From NCBI GenBank assembly GCA_040225955.1, contig JBECUL010000001.1, positions 1 through 64,000 on the forward strand: 64,000 nt of DNA. The letters run 5' to 3'. Numbering within the stretch: position 1 is the stretch's first letter; every line of letters starts with the position of its first letter. Below are positions 19,883-30,133 of the stretch, piece by piece. This DNA comes from Candidatus Asgardarchaeum abyssi (GTDB lineage Archaea > Asgardarchaeota > Asgardarchaeia > Asgardarchaeales > Asgardarchaeaceae). The position numbers were made by a program, and so were the translations under genes. The notes under the pieces were generated by a model. The model worked only from the letters and a program-made list of their open reading frames with translations, was not told the DNA's origin and made no database searches.

Positions 19883-19982
19883 TGTCGGTAAAATACATAG
19901 GCAAATACTTTATAAATGTCTCTTCTTGGGCAAAATATGAAAAATAAATAATATAATCGCAAAATAACTTAACAATCCAGAT

Positions 19983-20777
19983 TTAAATCGCTTTGAGAAC
20001 CAAATTAAGTGGCTTGTAGATGTCAAATGGGGTCATATTTATAATATTGCCATAAGCTTCTACGAGAGACCAGCCAGCTCTATTTAATATTGATAAAATT
20101 TCGTGAACACTATATAGTCTAAGGTTTAAAGTTAATTTCCCAATGAAACTTAACTTTTTATCAAGGGATTTTTCATAGACGTACCACGTACTTTTTAATC
20201 TTGATTGAAAACAGTCTAACTCATTATCATGAAGAATGATTATATCACCAATTTCTTCCCAAATTCTTCGAGAGAATATCCTTAATAGTTGATCTCTTGA
20301 TGCACAACCTGCTATTACAAGTAACGCATCATCTTTAGAATATTTCCTTGCATTGGTGAATATTGCTTCATCTGTCTTTTCATCAAAGAACCCAATAGAA
20401 GTCCACACATTAATTACTGCGTCAAAAAACTGCTCACCAAAAGGTTTAAGGATACTTTTAAGGTTTCTAACGTCCCCAACTAAAAACTTTACTTTCTCTT
20501 CCACTCCATGCTCTTTTGCTCTTCTTCTCGCGTCTTCTATATAGAGAGGAGAAATATCAACTCCTACAACTTCGTAATCTAACCTGGCTAAATTAATGGC
20601 AATTCTACCATTGCCGCACATCAAGTCCAATATTTTTCCATTTTCCAAACCATGTTTTTTAAATACTCTGGCTATAGCTTTTGCTTCTTCTTCAGCGGTC
20701 TTCCACCTTTCATTCATTATTTTTAGAAATATATCTCCATGTTTTAAGAAGAAATCAATAACCCAATTCCTTTCCAT
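19983..20777 (-). CDS. Class I SAM-dependent methyltransferase
   Basis: ILDLMCGNGR, GVDIS, GDVR, FDAVINVWTSIGFF. Confidence 0.9.
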   Translation of the reverse strand: MERNWVIDFFLKHGDIFLKIMNERWKTAEEEAKAIARVFKKHGLENGKILDLMCGNGRIAINLARLDYEVVGVDISPLYIEDARRRAKEHGVEEKVKFLVGDVRNLKSILKPFGEQFFDAVINVWTSIGFFDEKTDEAIFTNARKYSKDDALLVIAGCASRDQLLRIFSRRIWEEIGDIIILHDNELDCFQSRLKSTWYVYEKSLDKKLSFIGKLTLNLRLYSVHEILSILNRAGWSLVEAYGNIINMTPFDIYKPLNLVLKAI

Positions 20778-20845
20778 AAGATCACCAAATCTTAAATGTT
20801 ATTGAGACATTTAATTTATTTGGCAATAAAAATTAGCCATAAAAA

Positions 20846-21418
20846 CTAATGTCCAAATGTAGCCTCGCGATAATAGATCGTTGCAGGGCATCCTCTGCAT
20901 TTATTATCTTTATAACGTGTACATTTATCACATCTAACACCACATGGTGCGACTTTTAATGATCTCTGATCTGCTATATTAAGTGGAATGTATTTTGGTA
21001 CTTCACTTACGCATAGAACAATAACTTCGCTTTTCCCAATGAGCTTATGAGTACGGAAGGAGCAAAAACTTATCACACTTTCCAATGTATCATCATCTTC
21101 AGCGTACATCATACTAAAAACGTTATACCGACCAATACTAGTACTTAAGAACATCATTCTTGGACAATCTTTGAATATGTTGAATAACTCATTCAAGTGT
21201 TTTGGATCGCCTATCTCTGTCAATATTACGGCAATTTTATACTTCAGTTGATCTATATTAAATGCAGGTACCATTTTCATAAAGCCAGATGATATTAATC
21301 TTTGAACTCGCTTTCTTACAGCAACATGTGAGATACCTATGATTTTGCCAATTTCAGTGAGGGTTGCTGATGGTTTTTCTTCCAATATTGATATTATACG
21401 CTTATCTATCTTATCCAT
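20846..21418 (-). CDS. Lrp/AsnC-family regulator with C-terminal Cys cluster
   Basis: MDKIDKRII...GISHVAVRKRV HTH; C-terminal PCGVRCDKC...CRGCP. Confidence 0.88.
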   Translation of the reverse strand: MDKIDKRIISILEEKPSATLTEIGKIIGISHVAVRKRVQRLISSGFMKMVPAFNIDQLKYKIAVILTEIGDPKHLNELFNIFKDCPRMMFLSTSIGRYNVFSMMYAEDDDTLESVISFCSFRTHKLIGKSEVIVLCVSEVPKYIPLNIADQRSLKVAPCGVRCDKCTRYKDNKCRGCPATIYYREATFGH

Positions 21419-21506
21419 ACGACCACCAAGACTATATTATTATGTTACAATTTGAAACCTGTTATTTAAATATAGTTACAAAATTTATCCTTCGGAAGGT
21501 AATGCT

Positions 21507-21914
21507 ATGGATCAGATTCTCTATGTGCTTCTTATCATTGTAGGTATACTTGCAGGTCATCAGTTATAAAGCAATTTTTGATTCTTAATAGGCATAACCG
21601 CTGGTGTAGCTGGCCTTGGTGGGGGGTATGCTCTAGTGCTTGGGACGATATATCTTTTCGGATCATCAGTTCATTTAGCAATGGGTACTTCATTAGTGGC
21701 CATGATACCGCTAGCTACTATTGGCGGTCTTATTAATAGTGTTGTAGACTTATATGTAGCAGTTTTACTTGGCATCGGTACAACTATAGGCGCTCAGATG
21801 GGTGCAAGGTTGATAAAACGATTTAAGCAGCATGTGCTAAAGTTAATATTTGGTTTGTACTTCCTTTATGTTTCTCTTAAGTATATTCTGATATCCTTCG
21901 GAATTTGCATATAG
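21507..21914 (+). pseudogene. Sulfite exporter TauE/SafE family gene with internal deletion
   Basis: N-terminal MDQILYVLLIIVGILAG joined directly to second-half sequence GITAGVAGLGGG...AMGTSL...GAQMGARL. Confidence 0.75.
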
Positions 21915-22188
21915 CAATAGTAGTATAAGATCTAAATGATTTTACTTCTTTTTTAGATCACTTTTTGCGTTAGTTTTCTATTTACTTATTTGTCTATAAC
22001 CAACAAAAAATTGTAACAAGAGTTGTTAATATGCGAGTGAAAGGCATTAAGTAATATTAAAATATTTTCTAAACGATTAATTATTATAAGTATATAGCAA
22101 TAATTAGGATAATCTAATTGTGAGACACTCTGTTGCCAAGCTTTTCAATAAATTCTCTTAGTTTTCAATAAATACATGGGCTTGTGAT

Positions 22189-23535
22189 ATGATGTTTAAT
22201 GAATTGTTTGCCTTATTAAATAAGCATGGATTAGATGTTGATCCATTTGCCTGTGCGGTGATTAGATCTCTAAAAGATAAAGATCTTTTTGAAAAGATGG
22301 TAAATGAGAGAATTTTGAAAAGGCCGTTATACAAATGTGAGGCATTATTATCTTTAAATGATGTTTATGAGGCAGGTCTTTTCATTCAAGAAATATTGGA
22401 TAACGCTAAAATTCAATCACAACCAGATTTGCTCTCATTAATAATTTGCCTAAGCTCTTTTGACTATTTTGATAAGTTAGAGAAAATTATAAAGAGCTTC
22501 CAAAATCCTTATGTATTAGGTGACTCTCTATCTATAGCTTCTACGTATATGGAGAAGGATAAACTTATCTTAATGATGGATAAGTACGTTATTGATAAGC
22601 TTCCAAAGAAAGATAGATTGTTTGCAAAAGCGCTCATGATAGATCAAATACTAACTCGCTTTTTTACGGGAAAACCTTTTGAAACAACAGTTAGATATGC
22701 CGAAGAAGCATGGACTTTAAACAGCTCAAAGGACTTTTTTAAGGTTGTAGTAGGCTCGGGATTAGGGTACGCTTATAAAGAACTGGGTGTACAAGAGAAA
22801 GCATATATGTTTTTGAATGAAGCAAAGAAAGTAATAGAGAACGACTCTAAATCACTTTATGTAGATCTTACACTTCCACTGGCTGCAAAGAATATTTACG
22901 CATATGGAGATATACATTTTGCTTGGCGACTACTCCTAAAAATCTTAAAAATGGTGGAGACCTCTAAAGAGACTCTAGTTGATTTGGTAAGAATCGTAAA
23001 GGCCAGTATTGGTGCGTTACACAAGCTTGAACATTCTGAAACTTTAAACACTGTGCAAGAGATATATTTAGATCTTTCTACACTGTGTAATATTTTATCA
23101 GATTCGTTACTAAATTTATCCAGATTGAACTCCTTCAGAGACTATGAATCAATGATTAATTATCTTTATAAGTTATATGAGATAGTAGGTGATCCTGCTT
23201 TCTTAAGCCTCACAATGCGATTTGCGATAAAATCAAGCTTTTCGTTGTTTGAAAAGAACTTTGAATACTATCTTAATTCATGTAAACTAGGAAAGACCGT
23301 TAATAATGATCAAAATTTTGATGATTTCCTAAAATCACTCATAAGCATGCTTGGAGAGCTTTTTATTTTGAATATCAAAAATAAGAGCTTATATTCTAAG
23401 ATCTTAGGCTTCTTTGAAACTTTAGAAAAATCGAGATTTAAAGAGAATGATAAGCTGTTAAGTATATTTATTACCAGTGCTTATATGGAATCAATCAAAG
23501 AGTACCCCTTAAAAAAACGTGCATTACTGGTTTGA
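22189..23535 (+). CDS. Hypothetical all-helical (solenoid-like) protein
   Basis: 448-aa ORF with helical pattern and a TPR-like segment LGYAYKELGVQEKAYMFLNEAK. Confidence 0.6.
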   Translation: MMFNELFALLNKHGLDVDPFACAVIRSLKDKDLFEKMVNERILKRPLYKCEALLSLNDVYEAGLFIQEILDNAKIQSQPDLLSLIICLSSFDYFDKLEKIIKSFQNPYVLGDSLSIASTYMEKDKLILMMDKYVIDKLPKKDRLFAKALMIDQILTRFFTGKPFETTVRYAEEAWTLNSSKDFFKVVVGSGLGYAYKELGVQEKAYMFLNEAKKVIENDSKSLYVDLTLPLAAKNIYAYGDIHFAWRLLLKILKMVETSKETLVDLVRIVKASIGALHKLEHSETLNTVQEIYLDLSTLCNILSDSLLNLSRLNSFRDYESMINYLYKLYEIVGDPAFLSLTMRFAIKSSFSLFEKNFEYYLNSCKLGKTVNNDQNFDDFLKSLISMLGELFILNIKNKSLYSKILGFFETLEKSRFKENDKLLSIFITSAYMESIKEYPLKKRALLV

Positions 23536-23554
23536 CTTATTTTTTATGGTTTTT

Positions 23555-23683
23555 ACAGCACCTTATGGTGCAATGGTTTATGTAATTGATGGAGAGTACG
23601 AAATTAAGATAGTTGAAGAAATGTATAATCTCTCTGAAGGCAATCTCATTATAACATTAGCTAAACATTTCTCACTCTGCTAG
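23555..23683 (+). pseudogene. Cupin-domain remnant
   Basis: Translates as TAPYGAMVYVIDGEYEIKIVEEMYNLSEGNLII, matching cupin motifs 1-2; no start codon region. Confidence 0.55.
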
Positions 23684-23805
23684 GCAGAGGAATGTTTTAA
23701 AATGCTATTAATAATGATTCGCGAAAAACAATAATCCTATTATTTAGATTTTATGATAATCATTTTTTCATAAAGAATGAAAAATGTATTTGTAGTTTTT
23801 AATCA

Positions 23806-26800
23806 TTACCTAGCAAATCCCAGTATTTGAATTGTTGTGCCAAATCCTATTCTTATGGATTGTCCTTCGGATATTTTGTATGGTGTATTTCGAGGAATTC
23901 TCTGGCCGTTAATAAACGTTCCATTGCTGGATCCCTCATCTATCACTATTAATTGCTGACCATCAAACTTTATAAGCAAATGTCTTCTTGACACTGTTGG
24001 ATCAGTAAGTCCAAGATTCTTTGTCATTCCATTTAAGTTAGCTTCAAGCATTCCAGTGGATGAACTTCTGTATATTCTAGTTTCTCCAACTGGGATATCT
24101 AAATCTATGGATTTATTGCCAATAGAGAGTCTTGCTTTAGCAACAACACCAACTGCTTTTACAACAGGAAACGTAACTGTTTGTAGTGCCGGCATTGCTT
24201 GTGATGGTGCTTGTGCAACAGAGACCGGAATTACTTGCTTTAGTTCGGGGAATAATAATACGGCCTTAGATGCGTAGGTTGGTCTCTCTGATGGCTTCTT
24301 TCTGTTAAGTGCAAGTAATATTAAGTATTTTCCGTAAAACTCGTCAAGTATTATAAATGTGCCAAACATTCTTTCCTCTTGTTTGATGAGACCACTACTT
24401 ATTATACGAGCCCAAGCCTCTTTATCGCCCATTATCATATCAGATATCTCTTCTAATGGTATCTCTTTGCTCTCCGACTCGACAAATTTGTCAATAAGCT
24501 TCAATAGCAAATCTCTTGAAAAACCTCTGATTCCAACTCTATTAAATATAGATGCCCCATGAGGATCCGCTATGAAAGCAAGCACTTCGTTGATGTTATT
24601 TATATCGATAAACCTTCCATTTTTGGTATAGAATTCGGAGAGTAAGCGCAAAATGTATGGCTTCTTGGCCAATCTGAAGAGTTCACCAGTAGGAACTGGA
24701 ATCCCATATTTCTCACAAGCGTCCTTAAGTTGCTCATCAGTAAATTCGCTTAGCATTGCAGATGCTTTTACTTCATGATATTCAGTTGTTGAGTAAATTA
24801 TTCTATTCATGGATGGAAGATTGTCCGTAATAGCAGGGTCTGATATCCAATCTATTGTTCTGCAACTCAGCACAATAGCAATGTCTCTACGCCCACCAAG
24901 GGAGATGATATATCTCAAAATTGCAGATCTTTCACTACTAGGGACTTCATCTAAGCCGTCTAAGAATAAAACCACTGGTTTTTTAACTATATCATTCATC
25001 TGAGAGATCACACTGTCCACTCTGAAATAGTCAGTGTTAAATATAGTCTCTAATTGGGATTTAAACCCAAGCCGTAGAGAGATAAAGAACACTGGAAATT
25101 CTTGATCAACAAGCTTATTTGCAAGGTGAGCTAAGAACCATGTTTTTCCTATACCCGCATCAGCAAGTACAAGAAACACATTACTCAAAGATAATGCCTC
25201 TGGATTCTGCATCTCTCTTATGAATTCATCAAAATCTTTTTCCTCATACCTTTCTACGTATAGATCTGGATCATAGTTTATATCGTATCGCGATGAAGTT
25301 TGTGCCATCTGCATTTGAACAACGCTCATCATCCTAATACTTTTTGCATCAAGTTTCTTTGAAAGAGCTGAATAGCTTTCGAGGAATTTTTCATCCAATC
25401 TATTCTTTGAACGTCTCAGTCTTCCTAAAAGGCCTGGTATCTTTGTAGCAATGGTAATCATAGTAGTTGGGCTTACCATAGCTCCGCCACCAGCAACCGT
25501 TCCAGTAGCTACTGTAGCAGCACCTATGCCAGCAAATGCAGGAAGATTTACATTTAGATTACTAATTGAAACCTTTAGGTCATCCGCTTTCTGCTTAAGA
25601 CTATTTGTTATGTTCACTAATTCAGAACTGTCTAGCTCACCACTTTCAATTTTTCGTTTGATTTCCATAACGTAATCCTTATATTCAGCTAATTGCTTTT
25701 TCAAGTCACCACTTACTTTTGAGACGTCTATTCCCTGTTCTTCTAGTACTTTAATTAATCTAGCCTCTACATCAGAAACAATGGCCTCAAATTCGTCAAC
25801 TTTACTCAATAAGCTCTTCGATACTTCACCGAGTTTACCTTTTTCAATGAGCTCAGGTAAATCTTTTTCTAGATCTGCCAAAAACTTGCTGATCTGGTCT
25901 GTTTTATCAGTTAATTTTAATCCAACATCAAAGAGAGAACTGAGATTCGATGGAAGTGATAATTTTTCGGAAAGTAAGGTTGGAAACTTCTTTTCGAATT
26001 CTGATACAAAGTTTTTGAATTCATTAGCATTTTTCGTTAATGTATCTCTGATTACATCCAAGTCTAATGTTTTTGCGCCCTCTTTTGCAAAAATTTGATT
26101 TTGAAGTTCATTTAGCGTCGATTTAAACTCATTCAGTTTTAAATTTATTGATTCCATTTCCTCTGGGCTGAGCAAACCACCATTGGATAATACAGCAACC
26201 ATTTTCTTTTCAAAAATTTCAATGTTCTCATTAAAAGTAGTCAGATATTGTTTAAAATCATTTTGAAAAGCATCAAGCGATAAAACACCAGCAGATGTCA
26301 TTTCACCTAGTTTCTGATCCAACTGAGTAGTTATCCGCTCGAGTGAAGAGATACTCGTTAATAGATCTCCCCTCGCGACAGTAAACGTGTTAAGTATGTC
26401 GCCTATCTGAATTTGTGGAAGTTGAGCTGGAACACCAAGGCCTTTCATTTCTTTGAATAGGTCCTCTAATAGGGATGCTTGCTTCTCTTTTAGCTCATTA
26501 ATCTGTTGCATAGTCGCTGTTATTTGATTATATATGTCTCTAAGTGAGTACTCTACTGCGGAGGATACCAAATGGCTTAGCTCTTTATTCTTCTCCATAA
26601 GCTGTTTCTTGAAATTTTCGAATATTTCATCAACTTGGTCCATCTTGGTTAAAATGCTTTCTGAAACACTGCTTAGAATATTGTCATCAAAGGATAGATC
26701 GAACTTTGATAATCTTTCTCTAAGTAATGTAGAAATAGCCCCAGCTGCTGGAGGAAATACTGTGCCAGCAGCTATAGAAACAACAATGGGCAATACCCGT

Positions 26801-26838
26801 TTCGATATCTTCTTTAATCTCTCTTTCCACCCAACCAT
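23806..26838 (-). CDS. STAND/NACHT-like NTPase with N-terminal helical repeats and hydrophobic segments and a C-terminal FHA domain
   Basis: Walker A ADAGIGKT, Walker B VLFLDGLDE, sensor IVLSCR, KPYILRL; FHA DPTVSRRH...DEGSSNGTFING. Confidence 0.85.
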   Translation of the reverse strand: MVGWKERLKKISKRVLPIVVSIAAGTVFPPAAGAISTLLRERLSKFDLSFDDNILSSVSESILTKMDQVDEIFENFKKQLMEKNKELSHLVSSAVEYSLRDIYNQITATMQQINELKEKQASLLEDLFKEMKGLGVPAQLPQIQIGDILNTFTVARGDLLTSISSLERITTQLDQKLGEMTSAGVLSLDAFQNDFKQYLTTFNENIEIFEKKMVAVLSNGGLLSPEEMESINLKLNEFKSTLNELQNQIFAKEGAKTLDLDVIRDTLTKNANEFKNFVSEFEKKFPTLLSEKLSLPSNLSSLFDVGLKLTDKTDQISKFLADLEKDLPELIEKGKLGEVSKSLLSKVDEFEAIVSDVEARLIKVLEEQGIDVSKVSGDLKKQLAEYKDYVMEIKRKIESGELDSSELVNITNSLKQKADDLKVSISNLNVNLPAFAGIGAATVATGTVAGGGAMVSPTTMITIATKIPGLLGRLRRSKNRLDEKFLESYSALSKKLDAKSIRMMSVVQMQMAQTSSRYDINYDPDLYVERYEEKDFDEFIREMQNPEALSLSNVFLVLADAGIGKTWFLAHLANKLVDQEFPVFFISLRLGFKSQLETIFNTDYFRVDSVISQMNDIVKKPVVLFLDGLDEVPSSERSAILRYIISLGGRRDIAIVLSCRTIDWISDPAITDNLPSMNRIIYSTTEYHEVKASAMLSEFTDEQLKDACEKYGIPVPTGELFRLAKKPYILRLLSEFYTKNGRFIDINNINEVLAFIADPHGASIFNRVGIRGFSRDLLLKLIDKFVESESKEIPLEEISDMIMGDKEAWARIISSGLIKQEERMFGTFIILDEFYGKYLILLALNRKKPSERPTYASKAVLLFPELKQVIPVSVAQAPSQAMPALQTVTFPVVKAVGVVAKARLSIGNKSIDLDIPVGETRIYRSSSTGMLEANLNGMTKNLGLTDPTVSRRHLLIKFDGQQLIVIDEGSSNGTFINGQRIPRNTPYKISEGQSIRIGFGTTIQILGFAR

Positions 26839-27079
26839 CCACTTTCACCAATTATTTTTCTAACTTATTCTATCTATTATTACATATATCTTTTTTATTA
26901 TGTTTAATACAATAATAGAATATATAAATTCGTGATATAATAATATTACTTAAGAAAGCCTCTTATTCCAGTAAAGTAAGTAAAATAAGTATAATTAATA
27001 CCGTCATATAAATCTTATTCACTACACTCTACTGTAATGAAATTTCTTTATAGGAAGTTTTAATTTTCTATTTGCCTTC

Positions 27080-27785
27080 TATTTCCTTTTCTTTATGACT
27101 ATAAGTACTATAAGAGAAGCCAAGATCACCAAGAATCCCAAAATAAAGTCTAGAGGCATCTTACTTTGAGATTCTAAATATCAATACCCTTAGAAATATC
27201 ACCGAAAAGATCCACTTCTGTTTGTAATAAGTCTCTCTCGTTGTAGATATAATTGTCCTTAATCGTGACGTTATATCCCGTAGCAGTAATACCACATGCT
27301 ATTGAGTTAATTAGGGTGTTTCTTGCAATGATTGCATTCTGGAGATAATCAAGAGTGAGAGCAAAGAGGCAATTAATGAATGTGTTATTAAAAATATTCA
27401 CACTTCCGCTAGCACTATACAACAATTAGATCTCCGTTACTTGAAATAACATAAGTGTATTCATTATTAAGATTGGAGATTATGTGTGAGTTGTTGATAA
27501 TAAGTGTTCCCCATTGTCAATTAGTGTAGAACTCGCAGTTAATTGACTAAAATCTAGTGTTGAATTTATTATTTCTAATATACCACCACTTTTAATAGTA
27601 ATGGTTTCGTCCATTACTATATGTTCATTTATGATTTTAACATGCCTCGTTATTATTGTTGTGGCTGATAAATCTGAAGACATAATAAAGGCTTTTCTTT
27701 GACCAATATTAAAATGAGAGTTTACTATTACAGGAGAAATCAGTAAAATGGTTAATAATAGGGAGAGAAAGATGCTTTTTCTCAC
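27080..27785 (-). pseudogene. Decayed secreted parallel beta-helix (NosD-like) surface protein
   Basis: Signal peptide (27785), beta-helix fragments (NIFNNTF, IIARNTL, TIKDNYIY) and an orphan C-terminal anchor MPLDFILGFLVILASLIVLIVIKKRK*. Confidence 0.7.
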
Positions 27786-27858
27786 CCTATCACAACCTTA
27801 ATACTCTGATAATTATTATGTATTCCTTCACTTATAATTATCTCGTATGCGCACCGGC

Positions 27859-28257
27859 TTAAGCTCTTCTAAGGATTTTATAGCCTACTCTAATTCCAAA
27901 GTAAAGCCACAAGGGATATGTTGCAAAGATTAATATCGCTAATAAGTTTAGAGAGCTAAGTGGATTTTTATATGTCGGAACAGAGGTATCTATAAATGGC
28001 TTGAGGCCAATAATCTCCACTCCAGAGTTCCACATAAAGTGATTTCCCCTACCATAATCACCAAGAAATGGAATATTAAGATAATCCAGATATAATGCAC
28101 CAGCAATTATCCAAAAGCAGAAAATTATAACCACTGAAAGAAATAACAAAACGTTCTTTTTTTCGTGATGTTTACATAAAATTTTTTCGCAAAGATAGAC
28201 CTCAGCTATTCCTGAGAAAATTAAAAGAAAAGGGTCTATGAGGAAACTCATATCCAT
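27859..28257 (-). CDS. 3-TM hypothetical membrane protein
   Basis: Hydrophobic segments; overlaps the upstream SDR gene. Confidence 0.65.
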   Translation of the reverse strand: MDMSFLIDPFLLIFSGIAEVYLCEKILCKHHEKKNVLLFLSVVIIFCFWIIAGALYLDYLNIPFLGDYGRGNHFMWNSGVEIIGLKPFIDTSVPTYKNPLSSLNLLAILIFATYPLWLYFGIRVGYKILRRA

Positions 28258-29234
28258 CCAACCTGCTTATACCATTCTATTGTTTCCCTTAAGCCTACGA
28301 GCGTATCGGGATATAATAGCTTATAACCAAGTTCTTTGATTTTTGTGTTGTCCATAATAGAGTCATATGTTAGATAGCGTATCATCTCCTTTGTAATTAA
28401 TGGCTTCTTTTTGGTAATTTTTGAGTATATAGAATTTAACATGGCAACTATATAGAGTATGGGTGCGGGAATGTGAAATTTGTGAATCTTCACCCCTATC
28501 ATATCTGCAGCTGCTAAAATTAACTCTTCAATCGTGTATCTTCCATCATCAGATATATTATAAACTTCACCAACAGCATTCATTTTCTCACAAACAAAAT
28601 AGGCTGCATTTACAACATCCTTTACATGAACTAGAGCTGGTCTAAATTTCCCTGGCCCTGGAATAGCAGGTAATTTTCCCTCAGCTAATAAGAAGAGAAT
28701 TACAGAAACTCCGTATTTTCCTCTAGGACCATAAATTGAGGCAGGACGTAATATTGTTATCGGAAGCCCATTCTCTTCATAATATTTTAATGCTATTTTT
28801 TCTTGCTCAGCCTTTGATTTTTCATAGTCATTAAGAGGTGCAGGAGGCACATCCTCCTTTACAGGGACCTTTTTTGGAATCCCATATATAGCTCCCGAAC
28901 TCCAAATAACAATTCTTTTCACACCGGAGTTTAGAGCTTCTTCGCAAAGATTCTTCGTTCCTTCTACATTGACTTTATAGAGTTCTCTCCACGAAGCAGA
29001 GTAATCAAATAGCGCAGCAATATGAAATGCATAGTCAATGTCTTCGAAAAGGGAAGTGAGCGTTTCTTTCTTCGTCAGATCTGCCCGTATAAACTCTACA
29101 TTGTTACTGATTATTTCGCTACATAAATATTTATCCATAGCTCTTACGTAGTGCCCCATAGAAAGTAACAAATCAACCATATGAGAACCAACAAAACCAC
29201 ATGCACCAGTTACTAACATGGACAGATGTTTCAT
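28248..29234 (-). CDS. Extended SDR, NAD-dependent epimerase/dehydratase (3-beta-HSD-like)
   Basis: TGACGFVG, HIAA, VNVEGT, YEKSK, RPASIYGP. Confidence 0.9.
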   Translation of the reverse strand: MKHLSMLVTGACGFVGSHMVDLLLSMGHYVRAMDKYLCSEIISNNVEFIRADLTKKETLTSLFEDIDYAFHIAALFDYSASWRELYKVNVEGTKNLCEEALNSGVKRIVIWSSGAIYGIPKKVPVKEDVPPAPLNDYEKSKAEQEKIALKYYEENGLPITILRPASIYGPRGKYGVSVILFLLAEGKLPAIPGPGKFRPALVHVKDVVNAAYFVCEKMNAVGEVYNISDDGRYTIEELILAAADMIGVKIHKFHIPAPILYIVAMLNSIYSKITKKKPLITKEMIRYLTYDSIMDNTKIKELGYKLLYPDTLVGLRETIEWYKQVGWI

Positions 29235-29479
29235 GAGTTTTACACGCTTCTTTCAGTGAAGTTCGCTATTACTACAACTAGATAGAGTACTAGTTATATA
29301 TAAAATATTAGATCCATCAAAAAATATGAAACTCGAGAATCAGAATCGAAGTTGGTAAGCTTATTTTCTTGCACGACGCAATTTTATTGCACGAAAACAT
29401 TCAATATATATTTCATAAGCAATATGATCAAAAAAATAAAATAGTATGAAAAAAATTATACTATAGTAGGTGATATACT

Positions 29480-29707
29480 ATGCCTATTACAAAAATCACT
29501 CGAAATAATCAGATTACTTTACCAGCAGAGATAAGAAAGGCACTTAATGTCAAGGAAGGGGACTACTTAGAAATAGTTATTGAAAATGGAAAAGCTATTA
29601 TAAGAAAGCTTGAGAGAGAAAGAAAAAGGATAAAACTCGGGAAAAAATTGACTTCCGAGGAAATTAATGAAATTATAGTCAAAGGGATGAAAGAATGCAT
29701 GCGGTAA
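29480..29707 (+). CDS. AbrB/MazE-family antitoxin (VapB-like)
   Basis: KITRNNQITLPAEIRKALNVKEGD; upstream imperfect palindrome ATAGTATGA...TTATACTAT. Confidence 0.9.
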   Translation: MPITKITRNNQITLPAEIRKALNVKEGDYLEIVIENGKAIIRKLERERKRIKLGKKLTSEEINEIIVKGMKECMR

Positions 29708-30108
29708 TAGATACCAATGTTTTAATATATGATACTATTGAGGACTCAGTATTTCATGACAATGCCCGAACTATTTTAGATTCTCTTAGCGTATGGATCA
29801 TTCCTTCAATTGTAATCTATGAGTATATCTGGTTTTTTAAGGGATTAAAATTCAATGCAAGTGAAGTAAAAGAGCTTCTAGATGGACGAATCTCAGATCC
29901 AAGATGTAGGATTGTGCCAGACGATGGACATTATACTCAAGAGGCATTAAATATTCTAGTAGACACAGGTTTATCATTAGCTTTGTTTAATGACATGATT
30001 ATTCTCTCGGTTGCGAAAGAGAGAAGATATCCTATTATAACATTCGATAAGAAGTTTCAAAAGAGAGCTAAAAAGTTTGGCTTAGAAGTATTACCTAAAG
30101 AACTTTAG
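29695..30108 (+). CDS. vapC: VapC PIN-domain toxin
   Basis: VIDTNVLIY, IYEY, FNDMII, ITFDKKF. Confidence 0.9.
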   Translation: MHAVIDTNVLIYDTIEDSVFHDNARTILDSLSVWIIPSIVIYEYIWFFKGLKFNASEVKELLDGRISDPRCRIVPDDGHYTQEALNILVDTGLSLALFNDMIILSVAKERRYPIITFDKKFQKRAKKFGLEVLPKEL

Positions 30109-30133
30109 ACGTATTGATACATCTTTTTCATAC

